Positions 38,429 through 48,289 are shown, numbered from the stretch's first letter. The stretch is 64,000 bases of DNA from Longimicrobiales bacterium (GCA_965203485.1 OZ241892.1:2880001-2944000), one strand, 5' to 3'. A program made the numbers and translations. Notes: generated by a model from the sequence alone, not told the origin.

Positions 38429-40242
38429 CAGCCTTGCTCCTCGATGATCTTCGCCAGTCTCTCGGGTACGGGTTCGATGTCTTCCCGGCGAATCCGCATC
38501 GAGCCGTCGTCCGCCTTCTCGACGATCAGGTTCGCCTTGCCCCAGCCGGGGTCCTTCTCTTGATAGTCGTTTCGCGTGTGGGCGCCGCGGCTTTCCTTGC
38601 GTTCCCGGGCCGCAAGCGCGACCGCTTCGGACACCGTGAGCAGCGGCTCCAAGTCCAAGGCCGTGTGCCAGCCCGAGTTCCACTCGCGGTTGCCGTGCAC
38701 CTTGACCTTGGCGGCGCGGTTCCGCAGGTCCGACAGCGCTTCCACGGCTTCTCCCAACTCCGCTTCGTCGCGAATGATGCCGACCTTGTCCTGCATCATG
38801 TCCTGCAACGCCTGCTGGAGCTGGAAGGGTCCCTCGCCGGAGTCGTCGCGGTCGAAGGGAGCTAGGGCGTCGGCCGCCGCGGTTTCCACGTCCGCCTCGG
38901 ACACGGACGCAGTTCCCGCCGACTTCGCGTATTCGGCGGCGTTCTCCCCGGCCAGCTTCCCGAACACCACCAAGTCCGACAGCGAGTTGCCCCCTAGCCG
39001 GTTGGCGCCGTGCAGTCCCGTGGCGCACTCTCCCGCCGCATAGAGTCCCGGCACGTTCGTCGCCTGGCTGTCGGAATCGACCCGCACGCCACCCATGGCG
39101 TAGTGCGTCGTGGGGCCCACCTCCATCGGCTCCTCGGTAATGTCGAGATCCGCGAGTTGCTTGAACTGGTGGTACATCGACGGCAGCTTGCGCTTGATGT
39201 GTTCGGCCCCGCCTTGCACCCTGTCCTTGATCCAGGCGATGTCCAGGAACGCGCCGCCGTGCGGACTGCCCCGGCCGGCCTTGACCTCGGCCAGAATCAT
39301 GCGCGCCACGTGGTCGCGCGTCAGCAGCTCGGGCGGCCTGCGGGCGTCGCGGTCGCCCGTCACGTAGCGCCAGCCCTCTTCCGCGTCGTCGGCCACCAAT
39401 TCCTTGTACAGCTCGGGAATGTTGTCGAACATGAAGCGCGCGCCTTCGCTGTTGGTGAGCACGCCTCCTTCGCCGCGCACGCCTTCCGTGACCAGGATGC
39501 CCCTCACCGAGGGCGGCCAGACCATCCCCGTCGGATGGAACTGCACGAACTCCATGTCCTTGAGCTGCGCGCCCGCATGGTACGCCAGGGACATTCCATC
39601 GCCCGTGCACTCCCACGAGTTGGACGTGATCTTGTACGCCTTGCCCAAGCCGCCCGTGGCCACGACGACGGCCGGCGCCTTGAAGATCCGGAACCGCCCG
39701 CGCTCCCGGTCGTAGCCGAAGGCGCCGGCGACGCGTTCGCCGTCCTTGAACAGGGTGGTGATCGTGATCTCCATGTGGACGGTCATGCCCTGGTGGACGC
39801 CGTGGTCCTGAAGCGTGCGAATCATCTCGAGCCCCGTGCGGTCGCCCACGTGGGCCAGCCGCGGATACGCGTGTCCGCCGAAGTTGCGCTGCAGGATGCG
39901 CCCGTCCTGCGTGCGGTCGAACAGTGCGCCCCACGCCTCCAGCTCGTTCACACGCTCGGGCGACTCCATGGCGTGAACTTCCGCCATCCGCCACTGGTTC
40001 AGGTACTGGCCGCCGCGCATCGTGTCGGCGAAGTGCACTTGCCACCCGTCGCGCTCGTCCACGTTGGCCAGCGCCGCGGCCATGCCGCCCTCGGCCATCA
40101 CCGTGTGCGCCTTGCCCAGCAGCGACTTGCACACCAGTCCCACCCGCACGCCCGCCGCCGAAGCCTCTATCGCCGCCCGCAGTCCGGCGCCGCCCGCGCC
40201 CACCACGAGCACGTCGTACTCGTGAGTCTCGTAGCCGGCCAT
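38428..40242 (-). CDS. sdhA: Succinate dehydrogenase/fumarate reductase flavoprotein subunit
   Basis: GAGGAG, AHTVMAEGG (FAD His), QFHPTG, TEGVRGEGG, HYAMGG, HGANRLGGNSL and ESRGAH. Confidence 0.95.
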   Translation of the reverse strand: MAGYETHEYDVLVVGAGGAGLRAAIEASAAGVRVGLVCKSLLGKAHTVMAEGGMAAALANVDERDGWQVHFADTMRGGQYLNQWRMAEVHAMESPERVNELEAWGALFDRTQDGRILQRNFGGHAYPRLAHVGDRTGLEMIRTLQDHGVHQGMTVHMEITITTLFKDGERVAGAFGYDRERGRFRIFKAPAVVVATGGLGKAYKITSNSWECTGDGMSLAYHAGAQLKDMEFVQFHPTGMVWPPSVRGILVTEGVRGEGGVLTNSEGARFMFDNIPELYKELVADDAEEGWRYVTGDRDARRPPELLTRDHVARMILAEVKAGRGSPHGGAFLDIAWIKDRVQGGAEHIKRKLPSMYHQFKQLADLDITEEPMEVGPTTHYAMGGVRVDSDSQATNVPGLYAAGECATGLHGANRLGGNSLSDLVVFGKLAGENAAEYAKSAGTASVSEADVETAAADALAPFDRDDSGEGPFQLQQALQDMMQDKVGIIRDEAELGEAVEALSDLRNRAAKVKVHGNREWNSGWHTALDLEPLLTVSEAVALAARERKESRGAHTRNDYQEKDPGWGKANLIVEKADDGSMRIRREDIEPVPERLAKIIEEQG

Positions 40243-40243
40243 C

Positions 40244-41083
40244 TCAGAGAATCCTCACGTCGGCCCATATGCCCATGGAGCACATGCGCACGTAGAAGTC
40301 GGTGAAGCCGACCCAGAACAGGCTCAGCCAAGCGAAGAGCTGGTGGCGCTCGTTGCACCAAGTGACGCCCTTCCATGTCTTGAGCCGGCCCGGACGCCGC
40401 GCCAGCAGGTTGAGCTTGCCGCCCACGAGGTGCCGCAGCGAGTGGCAACCGAAGGTGTATCCCGACAGCAACACGACGTTGACGAGCAGGACCAGCGTGC
40501 CCACGCCGATCCCGAACTCGTCGTGGCCCGGCCCGAACCAGAGCCCGCGGTACACGTCGATGGACAGCACCACCAGGAAGGCCAGCGCGAAGTAGAGGAA
40601 ATAGCGATGAAGGTTCTGAAGGATCAGCGGAAAGCGCTGCTCGCCCCGGTATCCCTTCTGCGCCTTGCCCACGCCGCAACTGGCCGGCGACGCCCAATGA
40701 GACTTGTAGTACGCGCCCCGATAGTAGTAGCAGGTGAAGCGGAAGCCGCCGGGCGCCCAGAGGATCAGAAAGGCTGGGTAGAGCGGCAACCACGCGGGCC
40801 ACCAGCCCGGCTGCGCTCCGAAAACGGCGTGCGGGGAGGCTCCGCCCGCGCCGCCCGGATCGAAGAAGAGCGGCGAGTACATCGGCGACAGGTACCCCTC
40901 GAACTCAAAGTGCGCGTTCTGGAGGGCCGCCCACGTCGAGTAGACGATGAAGGCGGTGAGCCCGAGCAGGACGGCAACCGGCTTGGTCCACCAGCGGTCG
41001 GTGCGGGCCGTCTGCAGGAAGGGGCGGCGGGGAACGGTTGGAAGGGGCAGAGCCTCGGCGCGGGTTGCGGGGTCGGCGCTCAT
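40244..41083 (-). CDS. Single membrane anchor of a type F (mycobacterial Sdh1-like) succinate dehydrogenase
   Basis: YLSPMYSP, FRFTCYYYRGAYY, FPLILQNLHRYF, YTFGCHSLRH and NERHQLFAWLSL; first gene of the sdh operon. Confidence 0.8.
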   Translation of the reverse strand: MSADPATRAEALPLPTVPRRPFLQTARTDRWWTKPVAVLLGLTAFIVYSTWAALQNAHFEFEGYLSPMYSPLFFDPGGAGGASPHAVFGAQPGWWPAWLPLYPAFLILWAPGGFRFTCYYYRGAYYKSHWASPASCGVGKAQKGYRGEQRFPLILQNLHRYFLYFALAFLVVLSIDVYRGLWFGPGHDEFGIGVGTLVLLVNVVLLSGYTFGCHSLRHLVGGKLNLLARRPGRLKTWKGVTWCNERHQLFAWLSLFWVGFTDFYVRMCSMGIWADVRIL

Positions 41084-41528
41084 GGGGCGGGCGTCGCGGC
41101 CGGCCTATGGACGCTGGGAATGTGCACGGTCTCTCCTGTCTGGCCCGGAGGAGCTCAAGGCGCGTTTCCGGCCCCGCGGCATGGTCGGCGGCGTGCCGGG
41201 GCCCAGCGTGACCGCGAGGCAACCGGAGCAAGGCGCGAACCGAAGGCGCGCGGGAACGCGAGAAGCCGAGGGAACATCGGCTACGAGGGCGGTGTTCGCA
41301 AGGACGGCGCGGCGTTGCCGACGGCCGCGGCAACTCCGCGTCGCCACCACCAGAGCGTCTCGGCGAGCCGCCCCAGCAGGAGAGTCCCGGCATCCCGGTC
41401 GTCCTTGCCGGGCGACGAATGCTGTCCTGTTCAGCCATGTAGACGCCCCGCCAACGGCGCGACCTTCCCTCGGACCTGCCTGTGGGACCGCCGAATCGGC
41501 GGCGCGCCCCGGGAACCGAGGAACGGCC

Positions 41529-42524
41529 ATGCGCAACGAGGCGAAGCACGGCGAGAAGGACCGCATCTACAAGCGGTTCTACACGGACGCGGCCGTGGTG
41601 GAGGAGATCGTGCGCGACTTCGTCGGCGGTGCGTGGACGAAGGACCTGGACTTCAGCACGCTCGAGCGGCTACCGGCCGAAATGCTGGACCCCGTGCTTC
41701 CCGTCGTTCGGCGGGCCGACATGGTGTGGCGGGTTCGGTTCCGGGACCGCCCGCTGCACGTGGTTCTGCTGTTCGAGTTCCAGTCGGGGCCGGACCCGGA
41801 CATGGCGGTCCGGATCGTCGTCGAGACGGGCTTGTTCTACCGCGAGCTGGCGGAAACGCGCAAGAGGAATCCCGGCGTCGGAGCGCACATGGTTCTGCCC
41901 GTGGTGGTGAAGAGCTTCGAGGGCGAGTGGAAGGCGGCACGGAGCATGGCGGAATGGCTGGGCGGCGCCGTGCCCGAGGAGTTGGCGCAGTACGCGTCGG
42001 GGCGGCGCTACTTCCTGCTGGACGAGCCGGCGGAGGCGAAGAAGGCGCAGGGCGCCGGAGGCGTAGTGCGCGCCGGCCTCGCGTTGCGCTACGAGCGCCA
42101 TCCGGAGCGGCTGGCGGCGGCCCTGCAGGCACTGGACGAGCGGTTGCACGAGGCTTCGGTTGCGCGCAACGCGTTCGTGGCGTGGATACGGAGTCAGATG
42201 ATAGATTCGGGTGCGACGACGGCAGAAGCCGCGCACCTGGACACACTACGGGAGGCGGGCAAGATGTACGTGAATCGATTCCAGAAATCGTTCCGCGACG
42301 GCGTGGCGCAGGGCGTGGCGCAAGGCGTCGAGCAAGGCGTTGAGCAAGGCGTCAAGCAGGCCCAGGTCGACATGGCGCGGTGGAAGTTCGGCGATGAGAC
42401 GGCGGAGCGCCTCGCCGAGTTGCTCGAGGCCGTCTGCGACGCGGACCGGCCGTCTCGGATCGGACGGTTGCTGGTCGAGTGCGAGACGGGGGGCGAGCTG
42501 ATCGCGAAAGCCGCGAGGAGCTGA
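41529..42524 (+). CDS. Rpn family recombination-promoting nuclease / putative transposase (PD-(D/E)XK, Transposase_31-like)
   Basis: DRIYKRFY, LDFSTLERL, RRADMVWRV, LLFEFQS..D..MAVR and C-terminal GxxQ repeats. Confidence 0.85.
   Translation: MRNEAKHGEKDRIYKRFYTDAAVVEEIVRDFVGGAWTKDLDFSTLERLPAEMLDPVLPVVRRADMVWRVRFRDRPLHVVLLFEFQSGPDPDMAVRIVVETGLFYRELAETRKRNPGVGAHMVLPVVVKSFEGEWKAARSMAEWLGGAVPEELAQYASGRRYFLLDEPAEAKKAQGAGGVVRAGLALRYERHPERLAAALQALDERLHEASVARNAFVAWIRSQMIDSGATTAEAAHLDTLREAGKMYVNRFQKSFRDGVAQGVAQGVEQGVEQGVKQAQVDMARWKFGDETAERLAELLEAVCDADRPSRIGRLLVECETGGELIAKAARS
42264..42524 (+). CDS. Putative intragenic small Rpn protein (RpnS-type antitoxin), in frame with Rpn
   Basis: GGAGG at 42251-42255, 8 nt before an in-frame ATG at 42264 (MYVNRFQKSF...), just ahead of the repeat region. 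Confidence 0.55.
   Translation: MYVNRFQKSFRDGVAQGVAQGVEQGVEQGVKQAQVDMARWKFGDETAERLAELLEAVCDADRPSRIGRLLVECETGGELIAKAARS
42300..42359 (+). repeat. Five imperfect 12-bp coding repeats (GVAQ/GVEQ/GVKQ)
   Basis: ggcgtggcgcag ggcgtggcgcaa ggcgtcgagcaa ggcgttgagcaa ggcgtcaagcag. Confidence 0.85.
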
Positions 42525-42838
42525 TCGGCCACGAACGGAAGTCGCCGGAGCATGGAACCCGGAACTCCCGCTCGCTGGAATGCCACGAGTTCCTCGACTG
42601 CGCGGAGCAACGGCGAAGGCGTAGCGATGCGCGAGGTTCAACACGGAGGGGCCCGGTTGTCGCGGAGGACCACTACCACATTCCGCCGCTCGAGTGGGCC
42701 GACTTGGTCGAAGTGCGCCGATTCGGCACCCGAAAGCACTAGTCCCCGCCACTCCCGGCGCCGCGCGTCCCAGGCCCGTGCCGTCGCCTCTTGAGCAAAT
42801 CCTCCGCGCGACTATTCGGCTCGCCGGGAAATAGCGAA

Positions 42839-44824
42839 ATGGAAGCCGACATCAAGCTCAACGACCACCAGCGCAAGGCCGTGGAGTGGGGGGAAGGCCC
42901 CCTGCTGGTTCTGGCTGGCCCCGGATCCGGGAAGACGCTCGTTCTAACGAGGCGTATCGGTCGGTTGATTCAAGAGAGTCCCCAAAGGCGCTTCGGGGTC
43001 CTCGGCCTGTCGTTCACGACGCAGGCCGCGGACGAGATGAGGGGGCGCGTGGCCCGGTTGCTCGGCCGCGAGGACCGCAGAGTTCGCGTGGCCACCTTTC
43101 ACTCCTTTGCCACGAGAGTGCTACGCCAACACGGCAGCCACCTGGGTCTGCGACCCAACTTTCGGGTGTTGTCCGATGCGGACCGGGTTGGATTGATAGT
43201 CAAGGCCAGCCGCGCTGAGGGCATCCGCAACGTCCCCGACAGCGACGACGGCCTGCGTCGTCTGATGCGGACGATCGACGATCTTTACCACGAGGGATGC
43301 GACTGGGAGGGATCCCTTGATCGGTTTCCCTTGCGTGGGGCGGCAAAGCAACGAACGGCTCCGATCTATTCGGCCTACGTAAGTTATCTGTTGCGCAACA
43401 ACTACATTGACTTTGGCGCCATTCTTGTATGCTGCATCCGTCTCTTCCAGAAGCATCCGCAAATTGCCGATTTCTATCGCCAAGTATTTCCATTTGTCTG
43501 CGTGGACGAATACCAAGACACCAATCGAGTCCAAGATCTGATCATTCGGAGCATCTATCCCAATCGGTCCAACTTGTTTGTGGTCGCGGACGACGACCAA
43601 ACGATCTTCCAGTGGAACGGCGCGGATGTCGGCCGCGTTTGGCAACTCGCGCAACACTACGCCATGGATGTAATTCAACTGCCGGAGAGCTATCGATGTC
43701 CATCCCGCGTTGTGCGCCTCGCCAACAAGCTGATTCGGCATGGGCCTCCACCGAAATCGACGAAAATGTTCGTTAAGGAGCCCATGGCGGCGTCGCCCGT
43801 GCACGACGAGACGGGGACTGTGGTCAAACAGCAGTTCGGGAATGAAGGCGACGAGACCGATTGGATAGCCCAAGACATTGTGGATCGGTCCCTGAATCCA
43901 AAAAGCTGCGTCGTCCTGGCACGGCGCAGAAAGCTGGTCGAAGCCGCCGCCGATGCGCTGGCCCGCGCCGGCCTGGATCCGTACCTCGGCAATCGCAAGG
44001 ACGAGTTCTCGTCTGCTCTCGTCGGGTTTGGCCATGCCGCGCTCAAGTTGGCGAGCGCACCTAATGACGGCGGACAGCTGGCGAGACTGTGCGACACGTT
44101 CGCGGCCCTCACTGGAGAACGGATTCGCGCGGGGGACGCAGAGGCCGAATCCAATTCCAGCGGCGGGGCCTTGCTGAACGGATTCGTCGACGCGGCCACG
44201 GTCGGAGCCGGCGAACCGGCAAGATCGATCCTGTGGCTGTTGCGGGAGCATCTCCTCGATGCCGTGGACTACCGGGCCTTCGTGCGTGCAACGTTTCGAT
44301 GGGAGCCCACCGAAGCGCGTTCGTTCAAACGGATTGCGGACGCGGAGGAGGAGGAAGAGGAGAAGCGCGTGTGGTGGGAGATCGAGCAAAAGGCCAGGTC
44401 GAAGCTAGGCACTGCGCCGACGCTCAGTCAGCTTCTAGAGGAATTCGAACTGCGCTCCAAGACTGCTCCGCCAAATCCTGGGCAAGTTCAGTGTCTGACG
44501 ATTCACGGTGCGAAGGGCAAGGAGTTCGAGCACGTCTACCTCATGGGGCTCGCGGAGGGCGAGTTGCCTTCGTACCACGCGACGCGAGGCGACGACGGCT
44601 CGATGGCGGGCCGTCGCGTCATGGACGAAGAACGCAGGAGTTGCTTCGTAGCGATCACCAGAGCCAGTTCCAGCGTCACCCTGACCCATGCAGATTCCTA
44701 CTTCGGTTGGCCAAGGAACCCCTCTCGGTTCTTGGTGGAAATGGAGCTGGTCGGCGGGGCCGAGGCGGCGACGCCAGACAAGGAGTCGGGTTTATCGGTG
44801 CAAGGCACGACGACAGGCCGGTAG
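42839..44824 (+). CDS. UvrD/REP-family (SF1A) helicase, accessory type
   Basis: LVLAGPGSGKT, TFHSF, VDEYQDTN, DDDQTIFQWNGA, TIHGAKGKEF and EERRSCFVAITRA. Confidence 0.9.
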   Translation: MEADIKLNDHQRKAVEWGEGPLLVLAGPGSGKTLVLTRRIGRLIQESPQRRFGVLGLSFTTQAADEMRGRVARLLGREDRRVRVATFHSFATRVLRQHGSHLGLRPNFRVLSDADRVGLIVKASRAEGIRNVPDSDDGLRRLMRTIDDLYHEGCDWEGSLDRFPLRGAAKQRTAPIYSAYVSYLLRNNYIDFGAILVCCIRLFQKHPQIADFYRQVFPFVCVDEYQDTNRVQDLIIRSIYPNRSNLFVVADDDQTIFQWNGADVGRVWQLAQHYAMDVIQLPESYRCPSRVVRLANKLIRHGPPPKSTKMFVKEPMAASPVHDETGTVVKQQFGNEGDETDWIAQDIVDRSLNPKSCVVLARRRKLVEAAADALARAGLDPYLGNRKDEFSSALVGFGHAALKLASAPNDGGQLARLCDTFAALTGERIRAGDAEAESNSSGGALLNGFVDAATVGAGEPARSILWLLREHLLDAVDYRAFVRATFRWEPTEARSFKRIADAEEEEEEKRVWWEIEQKARSKLGTAPTLSQLLEEFELRSKTAPPNPGQVQCLTIHGAKGKEFEHVYLMGLAEGELPSYHATRGDDGSMAGRRVMDEERRSCFVAITRASSSVTLTHADSYFGWPRNPSRFLVEMELVGGAEAATPDKESGLSVQGTTTGR

Positions 44825-44938
44825 AATACGAGCCATGGCGGGTACGTCCGCGTCTTCCGGCCGGTGCCGTTGCGTCCTCGATGCCCGTTGCGCGCTTTGG
44901 TCGGCGAACCGGATGGCCATAAGCGACTGCGGCGCGTC

Positions 44939-45013
44939 CTTATTCCGGCTTTCGTCGCCAATATGGAATAAGACATATCCTTATTCCGACTTTAGGCACG
45001 AAGTCTGAATAAG
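44939..45013. repeat. Two tandem 34-bp imperfect palindromes with 13-8-13 architecture
   Basis: 44939-44972 CTTATTCCGGCTT-TCGTCGCC-AATATGGAATAAG and 44980-45013 CTTATTCCGACTT-TAGGCACG-AAGTCTGAATAAG. Confidence 0.8.
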
Positions 45014-45144
45014 CCGATCCATCGTCAAAGCAGGTGTTGGGCGGCTGGCAGGACCATCGGGCGATGCCGCCGTCGCCGAAAGGGCGGATGCGCGTTTCGT
45101 GCTTCGTGTCCTCTCGTCCTCTGCCCCCGATAACGCCTCTCGCC

Positions 45145-45174
45145 TTGCCATCGCTCGAGGTCCGCCAGTAGAAT
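45145..45174 (+). promoter_or_regulatory. Putative sigma70 promoter of the DUF499 operon
   Basis: TTGCCA-N18-TAGAAT, 75 bp upstream of ATG 45250. Confidence 0.5.
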
Positions 45175-45249
45175 CTCCCTCCCCCGTCCCCCATTTCGGC
45201 CAGCAAGCAAGCCTCGGCCGACCCTCTCCCCTCCTCCAAACCGCACCCA

Positions 45250-48200
45250 ATGGCAGTTCCGACCATCTTCGAGACCTGTCAGCCCAGGGACGACGTGCTG
45301 GCGGGCGTCGCCGACGCGGACTTCGCCGCCGACCTGGCGCAGGTCGTCACCAAGAGGGGCAGCGCGGAGTACCACGACCCGGTACGCTTCTTCGCCAACA
45401 CCTATCCCACGCGCGGGCTCAAGAACCTGCTGAGCAACGTGTGTCGGCGGCTGTCCGGGGTCGGCGGCGACGCGGCCTCGATCTTCCGCCTCGACACGTC
45501 CTACGGCGGGGGCAAGACGCACGGGCTCGTCGCGCTGGCCCACGCCGCTCGCGGGCTCGACGGCGTGGAGAACCCCGGCGAGTTCGTGGAGCCGGCCGTC
45601 CTCCCCGAGGAAGCCGTTCGCGTGGCGGCTTTCGACGGAGAGAACGCCGACCCCGCCAACGGCCGCAGCATGGGCGAGGGCCTGCTGGCCTACACTCCCT
45701 GGGGCGAGCTCGCGTATGCTCTGGGCGGCCATGCGGGCTACGAGCGGGTCCGCGAGAGCGACAGGCGCGGCATGGCCCCCGGCGCCGACACCTTGCGCGA
45801 GCTGTTCGACGGACGGCCCGCCCTGCTGTTGCTGGACGAGCTGTCGGTCTACCTGCGCAAGGTGCACGACGTCGAAGGTGCCCGCGACCAGTTGACCGCG
45901 TTCCTCACGTCGCTGTTCAAGGCCGTGGAAAGCACGCCGAACACCGCGCTCGTGTACACGCTGGCCGTCGGCAAGGGCGGGCAAGCCTCCGACGCCTACG
46001 CCGACGAGAACAGCTTCATCGCCGACCGGATGCAGGAGGCCGAGAAGGTCTCCGCCCGCAAGGCCACCCTGCTCAACCCGACCGAGCAGGACGAGACCGT
46101 CCACGTCCTGCGCAGACGCCTCTTCAAGTCCATCGACGAGAGCCGGGCCGCCGAAGTCGCGTCCGCCTACGCAGAACTGTGGAAGGCCCACAAGGACGCC
46201 CTGGCGCCCGACGCAACCCGGCCCGAGACCCGGCAGATGCTGGCCGACGGCTACCCCTTCCATCCCGAGGTCCTGGAGACCCTCACCGACAAGACCGCGA
46301 CGCTGGAGACCTTCCAGCGCGTCCGTGGAATGCTGCGGCTGCTCGCCCGCACGATCCGCCGCCTGTGGGACACCCGGCCAAGCGACGCCACCGCCGTCCA
46401 CCTCCACCACGTCGACCCGGGCCACGAGCCCATCCGCCAAGAGATCGTCACGCGCCTGGGCCAGTCCGCCTACGATCCCGCCATCAACGCCGACGTGTCC
46501 GCCGGCACGTCCGACAAGAAGTCGCTCGCCCAGCAGATCGACGGCGAACACCACCGCGGACTGCCCCCGTACGCGGAATACGCCGCCCGGACGATCTTCT
46601 TTCACACGCTGGCGTTCAACGAACCGCTCAAGGGCGTCGCGCCTGCGGAGCTGCGCTACTCGATAGTGGGCCCGGCGCTGGACATCAGCTTCGTGGAAGA
46701 GGCGCGCAAGAAGTTCGTCGCCGAGTCCGCCTATCTGGACGACCGGCCGGGCGCGCCGATGCGCTTCCTGGCGGAGGCCAACCTCACGCAGGTCGTCCGC
46801 CGCGAGGAGCGCAACGTGGACGCGGAGGACGTGCGGGCGCAACTCAACGACCGCATCCGACAGATCTTCGGGGGAGACACGCTGGAGGCCGTGTGCTTCC
46901 CCGGCGGTCCCCACGACGTTGCCGACGAGGCGGGCGAGAGCCGTCCCAAGCTGGTGCTGCTGTCGTACGACGCCGTGGCGCTTCATGGGACGGTCGACGG
47001 CGTTCCGGCCCTGATCGACCGAATCTACTCGCGCAAGGGCTCGGACGGCTCGGCGCTCCGACTGTTCCGCAACAATGTTGTATTCGTGGCGGCCGACGAG
47101 TCGCGCCGCGAGGAGATGCGGGCCAAGGTCCGGCGCCTGCTGGCGTTGCGGGAACTCAAGAAGCCGGAGCGGCTGGAAGACCTAGCGGAGCACCAGCAGG
47201 CCAAGGTGCAAGAGTGGGGGGAGCGCTCGGAAGCGGAGCTGGCCGTGTCGATTCAGCAGTGCTATCGCCACGTCTTCTACCCCTCGCGCAACAGGATCGG
47301 CGAAAGCATGGTCGAGCTGGCGCACACGGCCATCGACGTGCCCGCCTCTTCCGAAAGGCCGGGAGCCGGGCAACGGCAGATCGTCGCCGTGCTGCGAAAC
47401 CTGAACAAGCTGCGACTCGCCGACGACGCGCCCGACTCCGCGACTTACGTGCGGGACCGCACGCCGCTTCGCAAGGGAGAGATGACGACGCGCGCCCTCC
47501 GCAACGAGTTCAGTCGCGACCCCACCCTGCCCATTCTGGTGGGCGACGACACCTTCGTGCGCGGCGTCCGCGCCGGGGTCGAGCAGGGCGACTACGTGTA
47601 CCGGAGCGGGGACCTGCTCTACGGTCCGGGCGACCCGGCCGCGACGATTCGGATCGACGAGCAGTCGGTCGTGCTCACGATGGCCTACGCAAAGAACATG
47701 GGCGTGTGGCCCCGGCCGGGGGAGAAGCCGCAGGAGGCCGGCGAGGCAAAGGAGGCCCAGAGGCCCGAGGACCAGGACCCAGGGCGTGCTGGAGATCGAG
47801 CCCGCCGACCGGACGGCGCTCCGGAAGGCCGCGGCGAACCGTCGGCCGGTACGCTCGAGGTCGAGGCCCCCTTCCGGGAGGCGGTGGTCCGCGTGTGGGA
47901 GAAAGCACGCGACACGGGCTGGCGGAGGATCAAGAAGCTGGGCATCCGGGTGTTCGAGGCGGACGAGGCGCTCCGCGTCATGAGCGTCGTGGGCTCCCTG
48001 CCGGGCGCGGCCAAGACGGTCGCACTGGAGGGAGGCTACGAGACGCGCGACGGGGGCTCGCTGGAGTTGGAGTTCACCGGGCCGATCGAGGACGCCGATC
48101 CGGTGAAGGAGTTCCTCCAGTCCCAGATGCGAGCGGCGACGCGCACGAGCCTGACCGTCCGCTACGAGCTGACCTTCGAGGCCGGCTTGACCACCGACGA

Positions 48201-48288
48201 GGACGGCCCGAAGATGATCATCGAGCGGCTGTCCCGGTTCGTGAGCGGATCGACGGTCGTGTCGGCTACCGGAATGGAGGAGGGCTGA
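45250..48288 (+). CDS. DUF499 family AAA+ ATPase
   Basis: CQPRDDV, FAADL, FFANTYPT, LDTSYGGGKTH (Walker A), LLLDEL (Walker B), YPFHPE and FQRVRGMLRLLA. Confidence 0.88.
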   Translation: MAVPTIFETCQPRDDVLAGVADADFAADLAQVVTKRGSAEYHDPVRFFANTYPTRGLKNLLSNVCRRLSGVGGDAASIFRLDTSYGGGKTHGLVALAHAARGLDGVENPGEFVEPAVLPEEAVRVAAFDGENADPANGRSMGEGLLAYTPWGELAYALGGHAGYERVRESDRRGMAPGADTLRELFDGRPALLLLDELSVYLRKVHDVEGARDQLTAFLTSLFKAVESTPNTALVYTLAVGKGGQASDAYADENSFIADRMQEAEKVSARKATLLNPTEQDETVHVLRRRLFKSIDESRAAEVASAYAELWKAHKDALAPDATRPETRQMLADGYPFHPEVLETLTDKTATLETFQRVRGMLRLLARTIRRLWDTRPSDATAVHLHHVDPGHEPIRQEIVTRLGQSAYDPAINADVSAGTSDKKSLAQQIDGEHHRGLPPYAEYAARTIFFHTLAFNEPLKGVAPAELRYSIVGPALDISFVEEARKKFVAESAYLDDRPGAPMRFLAEANLTQVVRREERNVDAEDVRAQLNDRIRQIFGGDTLEAVCFPGGPHDVADEAGESRPKLVLLSYDAVALHGTVDGVPALIDRIYSRKGSDGSALRLFRNNVVFVAADESRREEMRAKVRRLLALRELKKPERLEDLAEHQQAKVQEWGERSEAELAVSIQQCYRHVFYPSRNRIGESMVELAHTAIDVPASSERPGAGQRQIVAVLRNLNKLRLADDAPDSATYVRDRTPLRKGEMTTRALRNEFSRDPTLPILVGDDTFVRGVRAGVEQGDYVYRSGDLLYGPGDPAATIRIDEQSVVLTMAYAKNMGVWPRPGEKPQEAGEAKEAQRPEDQDPGRAGDRARRPDGAPEGRGEPSAGTLEVEAPFREAVVRVWEKARDTGWRRIKKLGIRVFEADEALRVMSVVGSLPGAAKTVALEGGYETRDGGSLELEFTGPIEDADPVKEFLQSQMRAATRTSLTVRYELTFEAGLTTDEDGPKMIIERLSRFVSGSTVVSATGMEEG

Positions 48289-48289
48289 C

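Noticed and set aside
42300..42359. 12-bp repeats as a CRISPR or standalone VNTR element
   Set aside because: They are in-frame coding repeats typical of Rpn C-termini
44939..45013. Mini-CRISPR interpretation of the two 34-bp palindromes
   Set aside because: Only two units, separated by 7 bp rather than a spacer-sized gap, and no cas genes in the window
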